Shown here piece after piece: positions 54,623 through 63,641 of a stretch of DNA of 64,000 nucleotides (the first letter of the stretch is position 1; each line of letters opens with the position of its first letter). Origin of the DNA: an uncultured Gemmatimonadaceae bacterium (lineage in GTDB: Bacteria; Gemmatimonadota; Gemmatimonadetes; Gemmatimonadales; Gemmatimonadaceae); contig CAWAGQ010000004.1 in assembly GCA_963781585.1 (NCBI GenBank), positions 896,001-960,000 on the forward strand. The letters run 5' to 3'. Under the pieces are notes generated by a model. The model was not told where the DNA came from and searched no databases. It was given only the letters and a program-made list of their open reading frames with translations. The position numbers were made by a program, and so were the translations under genes.

Positions 54623-55378
54623 TCAGTGAGCCACGTCGAGTCGCCGCACGAACGTGCGGCTCTCGGGTTTGCGTATCGTCACGCTTCCCACCGGATCCCG
54701 TTCGCCGCGCTGGCCCAGGCGCTCGGGGTCCGTCCCCCCGCGACCGGAAGGCGGCGTGGTGGCGCGATACACGAACGCGATCCGCTGCACGGCCGTGATC
54801 CACGCCGTTACGGAGAGCACCACGCAGATCGAGATCAGCACCCAACCGCTGAGCGCGAGGCCGAAGAATGCCTGCGGTGCTGACAGCAGGATGATGCGGC
54901 CCGGTCGCTGAAGGATGCCCACCTTGGCGTCGATGCCCAGGCTCTCGGCTCGGGCACGGGTATACGAGGTCAGAAAGGATCCGACGATCCCGAGGAGCAG
55001 CACCGCAACCATGGGAGTCGACATGTACGCCGGAAACCCCAGAAGTGCGTCCCTCCGGGAGAAGAAGACGCACAGCCCGCCCAGAATGGCGCCGTCGGCC
55101 AGGCGGTCCAGCGTCGAATCGTAGAACGCACCGAATACGCTCTCGCGACCCGTGCGTCGCGCTACCTGGCCGTCCACGACATCGAACAGGGCGGTGAATC
55201 CCAGGACGTATCCGGCCACCCGGATGTGTCCGGTGGCGTAGATCGCCCCCGCAGCGACGCAGCACAGCGTCCCGACGGTCGTGATCGCGTTCGGATTGAC
55301 CTTCCTTGCCACCATCCAGTCAACTATGGGCGCAATGAGCCAGAAATAGCCGCGCTTGACCTGTTCCCAGAGGCGCAT
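54623..55378 (-). CDS. CDP-alcohol phosphatidyltransferase (PI/PIP synthase-like)
   Basis: PNAIT, DVVDGQVARR...GAFYDSTLDR, SYTRARAE. Confidence 0.9.
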   Translation of the reverse strand: MRLWEQVKRGYFWLIAPIVDWMVARKVNPNAITTVGTLCCVAAGAIYATGHIRVAGYVLGFTALFDVVDGQVARRTGRESVFGAFYDSTLDRLADGAILGGLCVFFSRRDALLGFPAYMSTPMVAVLLLGIVGSFLTSYTRARAESLGIDAKVGILQRPGRIILLSAPQAFFGLALSGWVLISICVVLSVTAWITAVQRIAFVYRATTPPSGRGGTDPERLGQRGERDPVGSVTIRKPESRTFVRRLDVAH

Positions 55379-55720
55379 CAGATGCGAAAAGACCCTGGTT
55401 GGATGGGTGGCGGAGTGCCGGGTGACGAGGGCGGGGATTTTCTGCAAGCCTCTGAAACTACGCCGGTTAGTAGCCGGTCACAACCCTCGTCAGGTGAACC
55501 GAATGGCCGACCGTCGGCACCCGACGGCTGGCCATTCCGGGAGGCTTCCTGCACGCGCAGGGCGAAGACCATTGCGCGACCGCGCTACACGTCTCACCAT
55601 GCCGACTTGTACCACGCTACCTTAGTTCAGGCAGGCCGCGCGCCCACTCATCGTGGAACCGGCGGCACCGCGACACAATCCGGTGACTCATTTGCCGGCA
55701 CGTTCCACGAAAGGAAGACG

Positions 55721-56950
55721 ATGATGCACTCGACATGCGGCGCTTCAGGCACGAGGCTCCTTGCGGCTGCGACCGCTGGGCTCGCGTTGCTTGCACCCGG
55801 ACTCGGAGCCCAACCGGCGCTGCCGGAGGGTGGTGCGGCACCGCACGTCATCGCCTCCGGTTCGAACGCGGCGGACGTGGCCCGGCTCGGGGATTCGGTG
55901 CGGGCCATCCTCACGCTCGGTGTGCGCGACTCGGCGTTTCCCGGCGCGGTCGCCATCGTGGGCACGCGCGACGGCATTCTCACCGAGACCGCCGTTGGCC
56001 ATCTCGACTGGGATCCGTCACCGGTGCCTGATGAGCATACTCTCTGGGATCTGGCCTCGCTCACGAAGGTCGTAGCGCTGACCAGCGTGGTGATGCAGCT
56101 CGTGGAGGCGCACCGGCTGGACCTCGATGCGCCCGTCCAGAAGTACCTGCCGGAGTGGACCGGAAAGTACAAGAGCCGCGTGACGGTCCGGCACCTGCTC
56201 ACGCATTCGTCCGGACTGCCGGCCTGGCGCCCGTTGTACAAGGAGGCTGCGTCTCCGGCCCAAGCGCTCCAGCTGGCGATCGAGACGCCGCTCGACACCG
56301 CCCCGGGCGTGAGGATGGTGTACAGCGACATCGGCGCCATCCTGCTGGGGCAGATCGTCGTCCGGATCACGCACGAACCGTTCGATCAGTATGTCTCCGA
56401 GCACGTCCTGCAACCGCTCGGGATGCACGAGACGATGTTCCGACCGCCGCCGGACTTGCGCGCGCGCGCCGCCCCCACCGAAGTGGATCCCTGGCGGCAA
56501 CGCCACCTGCAGGGGGAGGTCCACGACGAAAACGCCTACGCGTTAGGCGGTGTCTCGTCGCATGCCGGATTGTTCAGCACGGCCGGCGACCTGACCCGGT
56601 TCGCCCGGATGTACCTGAACGGGGGCACGCTCGACGGCACCCGCGTTGTCTCGCCCGAGACGATCGCCCGATTCACCGCGGTGCAGGATCGCGCTTTCTC
56701 CAACCGGGCCCTGGGATGGGAAACGCCGTCGGGCTCGAACTCCGCCGGGCACTTCATGTCGTCCACCGCATTTGGCCACACCGGATTCACCGGCACGTCA
56801 CTGTGGATTGATCCGCAACGGGGTGTTTTCGTCCTCCTGCTCACCAATCGGGTGGACCCTACACGGCAACGCACGGGTATCGCGGGCGTCCGCACCCGGG
56901 TCGCCGACGCCGCGATGGCCGTCGTCACGCATATGCTGGGGAGTCGCTGA
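55721..56950 (+). CDS. Serine hydrolase, beta-lactamase-related (AmiE-like)
   Basis: Signal peptide; DLASLTK (SxxK), LLTHSSGL, YSD, VHDENA, GHTGFTG. Confidence 0.9.
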   Translation: MMHSTCGASGTRLLAAATAGLALLAPGLGAQPALPEGGAAPHVIASGSNAADVARLGDSVRAILTLGVRDSAFPGAVAIVGTRDGILTETAVGHLDWDPSPVPDEHTLWDLASLTKVVALTSVVMQLVEAHRLDLDAPVQKYLPEWTGKYKSRVTVRHLLTHSSGLPAWRPLYKEAASPAQALQLAIETPLDTAPGVRMVYSDIGAILLGQIVVRITHEPFDQYVSEHVLQPLGMHETMFRPPPDLRARAAPTEVDPWRQRHLQGEVHDENAYALGGVSSHAGLFSTAGDLTRFARMYLNGGTLDGTRVVSPETIARFTAVQDRAFSNRALGWETPSGSNSAGHFMSSTAFGHTGFTGTSLWIDPQRGVFVLLLTNRVDPTRQRTGIAGVRTRVADAAMAVVTHMLGSR

Positions 56951-57060
56951 AGCGTCTCGACGTTTGCGATGGTGGTGACGCTGGATATCGGTGCCGTCGG
57001 TGCGGGCACCGGGAGCCCTGCCGGCCTTTTAACGGCTTGCCACGCATGAACTAAGCGCGC

Positions 57061-57089
57061 TTGTACGGATCAATCCGAGGCGCTATCAT
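57061..57089 (+). promoter_or_regulatory. Sigma70-type promoter upstream of the IscA-family gene
   Basis: TTGTAC-17 nt-TATCAT; SD GAGGAGG at 57121. Confidence 0.65.
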
Positions 57090-57133
57090 TCGACTTACCC
57101 TGTCGCAATTGGCGACAAGCGAGGAGGTATTCA

Positions 57134-57490
57134 GTGAGCACGGTTCAGCAGCCCCAGCTTGCGGTGGTCGTCTCCGGCGCGGCAACCACCGAAGTCAAGA
57201 AATTCATGGATGCCGAGGGTGTGTCGGCCGACGTCGGTGGCCTGCGCGTCAGCGTCCAGCCTGGCGGGTGCAGCGGTTTCAAGTACGCGCTTTTGATCGA
57301 AGACCAGCCGGCGGACGACGACTACGTCCTGCAGCAGGAAGGGTTCCGGTTGTTCGTGGATCCGTTTTCGGCGCAGTATCTCGACAACGTGACCATCGAC
57401 TACGTGACGTCCATGCAGGGTTCGGGCTTCACGTTCAAGAACCCGAACGCCACTGGCGGGTGCGGCTGCGGGCACTCCTTCAGCGCCTGA
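57134..57490 (+). CDS. A-type Fe-S carrier (HesB/IscA/ErpA family)
   Basis: GGCSGFKY, GFTFKNPNA, CGCGHSF. Confidence 0.96.
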   Translation: MSTVQQPQLAVVVSGAATTEVKKFMDAEGVSADVGGLRVSVQPGGCSGFKYALLIEDQPADDDYVLQQEGFRLFVDPFSAQYLDNVTIDYVTSMQGSGFTFKNPNATGGCGCGHSFSA

Positions 57491-57502
57491 ACCGACGCAC
57501 CA

Positions 57503-59446
57503 ATGACATCGCGGGCACCGGGCGTTCTGGACGCCGGCGCCGAGCGTGAGGCCCGTGCTCTGCAATCGAGTCGCGGGCCTCTTCATTTGTCACCGCGCGA
57601 CGCGACCTCCCGCGAGCGCATCCGCACTGTCGTCGTGGATGACTACGCGGACATGGCGCGGGTGGTCGCCGGCCGCGTCGCTCAGCTGATTCGCGAGCGC
57701 GCCGAAGCGAACGAATCGGTCGTACTCGGGCTGGCCACAGGTTCCACGCCCATCGGCGTGTATCGCGAGCTGATCCGGATGCACGAGCAGGAGAACCTCA
57801 GCTTTCGCAATGTCACCACGTTCAACCTGGATGAGTACTACCCGATGGATCGGGAGAGCGTGCACTCCTACCATCGGTTCATGTGGGAGAACCTCTTCGC
57901 GCGGATCGACATCGATCCGCGACGCGTGCATCTCCCCGACGGTGGCGTTCCCCGTGAGGCGCTGCTCGAACAGACCCGCCAGTATGAAGAGGCGATCGAG
58001 CGCGCCGGCGGCATCGACTTCCAGATCCTCGGAATCGGCCGCACCGGACACGTCGGATTCAACGAACCCGGGTCCGGCGCTGAAAGCCGGACCCGCGTGG
58101 TCACGCTCGACGCGGTCACGCGCCGCGATGCGGCGGCGGATTTCTTCGGCGAGGACAATGTCCCGCGTGAAGCGATCACGATCGGGATCGCGACGATTCT
58201 CGCGGCCCGCGAGATCGCGATTCTCGCCACGGGTGAACACAAGGCGGCCATCGTCCGGCGCGCAGTGGAGGGCGACGTGGACATGGAAGTCGCCGCCACC
58301 TTTCTGCAGCGCCATCAGAACACCACGTTCTACGTCGACCGCGCCGCGGCCGCCGATCTCACCCGCATTGCGACGCCGTGGCTGGTGGATGAAGTTCGCT
58401 GGACCGACCAGCTCGCGGTGCGGGCCGTGGCCTGGCTGAGCCGGGTCGCGGGCAAGGGCATGCTGAAGCTCACGCAAGGCGACTACGCGGAGCACCGGCT
58501 CTCGTCGCTGGTGGCCGCGTACGGCAGCCCCGGCGACGTGAACGGCAAGGTGTTCAACCTCCTCGGTGCCAAGATCCGTGGGAAATCGAAGCTGCCTCGC
58601 GGGAAGCGCATGCTCGTATTCTCCCCCCACCCCGACGATGACGTGATCTCCATGGGCGGTGCATTGCGCAAGTTGATCGAGAACCGCAATGACATCACCG
58701 TGGCATACATGACGAGCGGCAACATCGCCGTCTTCGATCACGATGTGCGGCGGTACGTGGATTTTCTGGTGCGTCTCGCGCGCGAGAGCGCGATCGGGGC
58801 CGAAGCGACGCTCGCGTTGCGCGACCGGGTGCAGACCTTTCTGGCCCGCAAGCGGCCGGGGGACGTGGATCTGGCCGAGATTCAGGTCATCAAGCGTGTG
58901 ATCCGCGAGACCGAAGCGGTGGCCGCCATTGAGACGCTGGGTCTTTCCGGCGCCAATGCCCGATTCCTCAACCTTCCGTTCTACCAGACCGGCAAGGTGC
59001 GGAAGGATCCGGTCGGTCCGGCCGATGTCGCGATCGTGACGGCCCTCCTGCGCGACCAGCGTCCCGAGATCGTTTTCGTCGCGGGCGATCTCTCCGATCC
59101 ACACGGCACGCACCGGATGTGCAAGGAAGCGATCGAACAGGCGTTAGGCGGGCTGGGTGACGATGCAGGGTTCGCGAAACCCGAGGTCTGGCTGTACCGG
59201 GGCGCGTGGCAGGAGTGGCCGCTCACCGAGGCGACCTGGCTCGTTCCCCTGTCACAGGAAGAACTCCGCGTGAAGATCGAGGCGATCTTCAAGCACCAGT
59301 CGCAGAAGGACTCGGCGCCGTTTCCCGGACAGGACGACCGCGAGTTCTGGCAGCGGGTCGAGGCCCGGAACAAGGAGAGCGCGGCGATGCTCGACCGGCT
59401 CGGACTGGCGGAATACTTCGCGCTGGAAGCCTATGTCGTGGCCTGA
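57503..59446 (+). CDS. nagB: Glucosamine-6-phosphate deaminase fused to a PIG-L/LmbE deacetylase domain
   Basis: GLATGSTP, NLDEYY, GIGRTGHVGFNEPG; C-terminal SPHPDDD and DPHGTH. Confidence 0.93.
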   Translation: MTSRAPGVLDAGAEREARALQSSRGPLHLSPRDATSRERIRTVVVDDYADMARVVAGRVAQLIRERAEANESVVLGLATGSTPIGVYRELIRMHEQENLSFRNVTTFNLDEYYPMDRESVHSYHRFMWENLFARIDIDPRRVHLPDGGVPREALLEQTRQYEEAIERAGGIDFQILGIGRTGHVGFNEPGSGAESRTRVVTLDAVTRRDAAADFFGEDNVPREAITIGIATILAAREIAILATGEHKAAIVRRAVEGDVDMEVAATFLQRHQNTTFYVDRAAAADLTRIATPWLVDEVRWTDQLAVRAVAWLSRVAGKGMLKLTQGDYAEHRLSSLVAAYGSPGDVNGKVFNLLGAKIRGKSKLPRGKRMLVFSPHPDDDVISMGGALRKLIENRNDITVAYMTSGNIAVFDHDVRRYVDFLVRLARESAIGAEATLALRDRVQTFLARKRPGDVDLAEIQVIKRVIRETEAVAAIETLGLSGANARFLNLPFYQTGKVRKDPVGPADVAIVTALLRDQRPEIVFVAGDLSDPHGTHRMCKEAIEQALGGLGDDAGFAKPEVWLYRGAWQEWPLTEATWLVPLSQEELRVKIEAIFKHQSQKDSAPFPGQDDREFWQRVEARNKESAAMLDRLGLAEYFALEAYVVA

Positions 59447-59461
59447 AGCGGGCGGCGCCAG

Positions 59462-60982
59462 GTGACCTCCCGCTTCACCGCATTCGACGCCGTCGTGCTG
59501 CTCGTCTACATGGTGGGCACCACGCTGCTGGGCGTCTGGCTCGGCCGCGGGCGGAAGAGCGCGCGCGACTACTTCGTGGCCAGCCACCAGATTCCGTGGT
59601 GGGCCGTGCTCTTCTCGGTGGTCGCGACCGAAACCAGCGCGCTTACGTTCATCAGCATTCCGGGGCTGGCCTATACCGGAGATATGACGTTTCTCCAGAT
59701 CGCGGCTGGCTATCTGGTGGGACGCGTGGTAGTCGCGGCGGTGCTGCTGCCGCGCTACTTCCGGGGCGACCTGGTGACGGCCTACGCGCTGCTCGAGCGA
59801 CGCTTCGGCGTGGTGGCGCGCCGCTTCGCGTCGGTGACCTTCATGGCGACCCGCGCATTCGGCGACTCGGTCCGCGTGTTCGCGACCGCCATTCCGGTCG
59901 CCCTCATCATCGGACCGATAATGCCCGCGGCGCGCGTCACCCCGCTCGCCATCCTCCTGCTCGGCGTGTTCACGCTGATCTACACGTACTACGGCGGTAT
60001 GCGTGCCGTCGTGTGGACCGACGTGCTGCAGACCGGCGTCTACCTCCTGGGTGGCGTGTCCGCGTTGGTGCTCATCGGACATGGGGTGACCGGGGGTTGG
60101 AGCGGCATTCTTGCAAACGCCGGCGCCGCCGGGAAACTGCGGGTGTTCGACCTCTATGCCGGCGTGGATCGCGCGCAAACGTTGTGGGCGGGACTCATCG
60201 GCGGCGCGTTCCTGTCCATGGCCTCGCACGGCACCGACCAGCTGATCGTGCAACGTCTGCTGTCATCGTCGGATCTGCGCGACGCGCGACGCGCGCTGGT
60301 GGGGAGCGGCGTCGCCGTCATCGTGCAGTTCGCGCTCTTCCTGGTGATCGGCGTCGGGCTGCACGAGTACTACCACGGTCGCGCGTTCGCGCGGCCCGAC
60401 GAAATCTTCCCCACGTTCATCATTGACGTCATGCCGCCGGGGCTCACCGGTCTGGTGGTCGCGGCGATCCTCGCCGCTGCCATGAGCACGGTCTCCGGCT
60501 CCCTCAACTCGCTGTCCGCCGCGACCACCCACGATATCTTCCTGCCGATCACCGGGCGCCGTGAGGACGAGCAGTCCCTGTACCGCGTCGGCCGCCTGTT
60601 CACGGTTTTCTGGGCGATCGTGCTGATCGGAGGGGCGCTCCTGTATCGCGCACAGGGCACGCCGGTGGTGGTCGTGGCCCTGTCGATCGCTTCGTTCACC
60701 TATGGAGGCTTGTTAGGCGGCTTCGCGCTCGGCGTGACGTGGCGGCGGGCCGTGCAGCGGGACGCCGTCACCGGCATGGCGGTGGGCATCGCCGCCATGA
60801 CGCTGGTGGTGTTCGCCCCGCAGATTTCCGCGGCATACCCGTCGCTGGCCCGCTCGCTGGGCCCCTTGGCGCGCATCGCGTGGCCCTGGTACGTTCTCAT
60901 CGGCACCACCATCACCATGGCGGTCGGAATTCTCTCTTCGCTCACCCATCCGGCGCCCGCCGCGGCGCAGACCGCGCCATGA
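59462..60982 (+). CDS. Sodium:solute symporter
   Basis: SVVATETSALTF, GGMRAVVWTD, DQLIVQR, AAAMST; multi-TM. Confidence 0.93.
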   Translation: MTSRFTAFDAVVLLVYMVGTTLLGVWLGRGRKSARDYFVASHQIPWWAVLFSVVATETSALTFISIPGLAYTGDMTFLQIAAGYLVGRVVVAAVLLPRYFRGDLVTAYALLERRFGVVARRFASVTFMATRAFGDSVRVFATAIPVALIIGPIMPAARVTPLAILLLGVFTLIYTYYGGMRAVVWTDVLQTGVYLLGGVSALVLIGHGVTGGWSGILANAGAAGKLRVFDLYAGVDRAQTLWAGLIGGAFLSMASHGTDQLIVQRLLSSSDLRDARRALVGSGVAVIVQFALFLVIGVGLHEYYHGRAFARPDEIFPTFIIDVMPPGLTGLVVAAILAAAMSTVSGSLNSLSAATTHDIFLPITGRREDEQSLYRVGRLFTVFWAIVLIGGALLYRAQGTPVVVVALSIASFTYGGLLGGFALGVTWRRAVQRDAVTGMAVGIAAMTLVVFAPQISAAYPSLARSLGPLARIAWPWYVLIGTTITMAVGILSSLTHPAPAAAQTAP

Positions 60983-61914
60983 GCACCTTCGTGATCGGCG
61001 TGGACGGCGGCGGCTCGCATACCCGCGTGCTGGTTTCCGACGACGCCGGGCAGGAGCTGTCGACGGCGGAAGGCGAAGGAAGCGCGGTGCGTCCGGGCGA
61101 TGCCTCCCGCTCGGCGGGCATCATCGTTCAGGCCATTCAGCGCGCCCTGGCGCAGGCCTCGCTCCGCGCCGGTCCCGCACGGATCGCCTGCGTGGGCGTG
61201 GCGGGCGTGGGCCGCGCCGGAGAGCGCGATGCCCTCGCCGACTCCCTCGACGAGGCTGGTGTGGCGAACGAGGTCCTGGTGCTTCCCGATGCGATAATCG
61301 CGCTGGAGGACGCCTTCGGACCGGATGCAGGAGTGCTGTTGTTGTCAGGAACCGGCTCGGTCGCGTTTGCACGAGGGCCAACCGGGACGGTAGCCCGGTG
61401 TGGAGGGTGGGGGCCCGTCTGCGGCGACGAGGGCAGCGGCGCCTGGATCGGACGACAGGCTCTCGGCGTGGTCACCGCCGCCGATGACGGGAGGGAACCC
61501 GAGACGAGCCTCACTGGCCCCCTCCTCTCGGCCGCGGGAGTAGAGCACGTGGACGAACTCATCGCCTGGGCATCGAGCGCCACACCCGCCGACCTCGCGC
61601 TGCTCGCTCCGACGGTGCTGGAGGTGGCTGCAACGGGTGATCTGCGCGCGAACTCGGTCGTCACGATGGCCGTGGAAGAGCTGGGGCTTCACGTGCGCGC
61701 GCTGGCACGCCGGCTCTTTCTCGATGAGCGCGCCGCGTTCCCACTCGCCCTCAGCGGCGGCCTGCTGGCACGTGGTACGCTGCTGCGGAAACGCGTCGAG
61801 CACCGCCTGAAATCGCTCACTCCGGGCGCGCAGCTCCATCCCGCCGACGTGGTGCCGGTTCGCGGGGCGGTCAAGTATGCGCTCCGCCAGGGGCGTTCCA
61901 CCGTCGCCGGGTGA
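60979..61914 (+). CDS. BadF/BadG/BcrA/BcrD ATPase-family sugar kinase (GlcNAc/MurNAc kinase-like)
   Basis: GVDGGGSHT, SGTGS, GGWG..GDEGSGAWIG; ATGA overlap with the symporter. Confidence 0.9.
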   Translation: MSTFVIGVDGGGSHTRVLVSDDAGQELSTAEGEGSAVRPGDASRSAGIIVQAIQRALAQASLRAGPARIACVGVAGVGRAGERDALADSLDEAGVANEVLVLPDAIIALEDAFGPDAGVLLLSGTGSVAFARGPTGTVARCGGWGPVCGDEGSGAWIGRQALGVVTAADDGREPETSLTGPLLSAAGVEHVDELIAWASSATPADLALLAPTVLEVAATGDLRANSVVTMAVEELGLHVRALARRLFLDERAAFPLALSGGLLARGTLLRKRVEHRLKSLTPGAQLHPADVVPVRGAVKYALRQGRSTVAG

Positions 61915-62090
61915 GGCGCGAATCTGCGAGTGTGCCCTGGGTAGTTGGGGTAACTCGGCAGAATCGCGGTCAGAGTCGAATTATTGCCGGCGATTTGGGT
62001 CAGAGTCGACTGCGCCCTGATTGCGGCGCCGATGCCCCTTTCCAACCACCAGCAGAATGGCGCGGCAAGGAATTGGGGCAAGAAAGGGGA

Positions 62091-62122
62091 TCAGACTCCA
62101 ATTCCCGGGAATTGGAGTCTGA
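62091..62122. repeat. Perfect 32-bp palindrome (REP-like element or bidirectional hairpin)
   Basis: TCAGACTCCAATTCCC|GGGAATTGGAGTCTGA flanked by GGGG(A)...CCCC, between convergent genes. Confidence 0.85.
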
Positions 62123-62134
62123 CCCCAATGTCGG

Positions 62135-63493
62135 TCAGGCCGGCGCAGGGCTCTCGTCGCGGCCCGCCATATCCAGCCCTTCGGCCGTCGGGATCATGCC
62201 GGGATTCCACACTTTCTCGCTCCGGGCCACGAATGCGGTGGCGGTAAGATCGCCGCAGACATTGACCGTGGTACGGGTCATGTCGAGGATACGATCGATG
62301 CCCAGGATTATCGCGATCCCTTCCGGTGGCACACCGAACATCGCGAGAATACCGACCAGCAGGGGAATCGAACCGCCCGGGACTCCCGCCGCCCCGACCG
62401 CCGTCAGCACCGCCATGATCATGACGACGATCATCTGTCCCAGGTTGAGGTTGATGCCGAACACCTGGCACAGGAAGATCACCGTCATGCCTTCGTAGAG
62501 TGCGGTTCCGTTCATGCACATCGTGCTCCCCAGTGGGAGCACGAACCCGGCGATGTTGACCGGTATGCCGAGGTTCTGCTCGGCGGTGGCAATCGCGGTG
62601 GGGAGTGTCGCGCTGCTTGAACTGGTGGAGAACGCGGTGACCAGTGCCGACCGGATGCGCGAGAAGAAACGCAGCGGCGACATGCCGACCAGGAACCGCA
62701 CGATCGCCGAGAGGTTGATCACCACATGCAGAATGAGCGCGCCGAGGACCGCAATGACGTAGCCGGCCAGCGGCTTGAGGAGATGGAATCCGAACCGCGA
62801 CGTCACGCCGAAGATCAACCCGGTCACGCCGTAGGGCGCCAGCCGCATGGCGATCTCGACGATCTTGATCACCACGTCGTTCAACGCCTCCAGCACGCCG
62901 ATCATCGGCTTCGCGCGCTCTTCCTTGATCAGGGTCAGCGCCGCGCCGAACATGATTCCGAAGAAGATGATGCCGAGCATGTCGAGATCGGCCGCCGACT
63001 TGACCGGATTCCGGGTGACGATGTTGACGAGCGTCTGGATCCCGAAGTTGGTGTTCTGCGAGGCCTGCACGGTGGTCGACGCGTCGCTCGCGTAGGTCCG
63101 GAGGAGCTCCTGCCGAATCGCGGGATCGAGACTCGCGCCGGGGTGAATGAGGGAAACGAGAATGAGACCGAGCGTCGCGGCCAGCACGGTCGACGCGAGG
63201 AAGTAGCCGATCGCCTTGAGGCCGACCCGCCCGATGCGGCGGATGTCGCCCAGTCCCGCCACCCCGAGCGAGATCGACGCGAAGACGAGCGGGATGACGA
63301 TCATGAACAGGAGCCGGAGGAATATCTGTCCCACCGGTCCCGCCAGATACTTGTTGACCCACTCCACCAGCGGATGCGCTCCGCCGAGCGTCTGATTCGC
63401 GAGGGTGCCAAGCACGGCTCCGACCAGGAGACCCAGCAGGATCTTCGTGTGGAGCTTCATCCCCTTGCCGGAAGAACCAATTGGTTCGGACAT
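62135..63493 (-). CDS. Dicarboxylate/amino acid:cation symporter (GltP/DAACS)
   Basis: FLRLLFMIVIPLVF, AFSTSSSSATLP, MNGTALYE, GIDRILDMTRT. Confidence 0.95.
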   Translation of the reverse strand: MSEPIGSSGKGMKLHTKILLGLLVGAVLGTLANQTLGGAHPLVEWVNKYLAGPVGQIFLRLLFMIVIPLVFASISLGVAGLGDIRRIGRVGLKAIGYFLASTVLAATLGLILVSLIHPGASLDPAIRQELLRTYASDASTTVQASQNTNFGIQTLVNIVTRNPVKSAADLDMLGIIFFGIMFGAALTLIKEERAKPMIGVLEALNDVVIKIVEIAMRLAPYGVTGLIFGVTSRFGFHLLKPLAGYVIAVLGALILHVVINLSAIVRFLVGMSPLRFFSRIRSALVTAFSTSSSSATLPTAIATAEQNLGIPVNIAGFVLPLGSTMCMNGTALYEGMTVIFLCQVFGINLNLGQMIVVMIMAVLTAVGAAGVPGGSIPLLVGILAMFGVPPEGIAIILGIDRILDMTRTTVNVCGDLTATAFVARSEKVWNPGMIPTAEGLDMAGRDESPAPA

Positions 63494-63641
63494 GGCGAGC
63501 GGTCAGTGGGCGGAGGTCAGGCCGTGAGCAGTGCAGCGTTGGTGGAGGGCGACAAGTCCGACCTCCGGGGGATCTCTTCCCGAGTGCCGTGCCGCGAATG
63601 GCGGCCGACGCCCGGGCGTCGGCCGCCAATGCGCGGCGCGC

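Noticed and set aside
55721..56950. Serine hydrolase or MBL-fold protein (46987-47628) as antibiotic-resistance beta-lactamases
   Set aside because: Motifs fit the AmiE/esterase-like and glyoxalase II-like housekeeping families; no mobile context.
61960..62130. CRISPR array
   Set aside because: Only two short direct repeats 30 nt apart plus one palindrome; no repeat-spacer periodicity and no cas genes.
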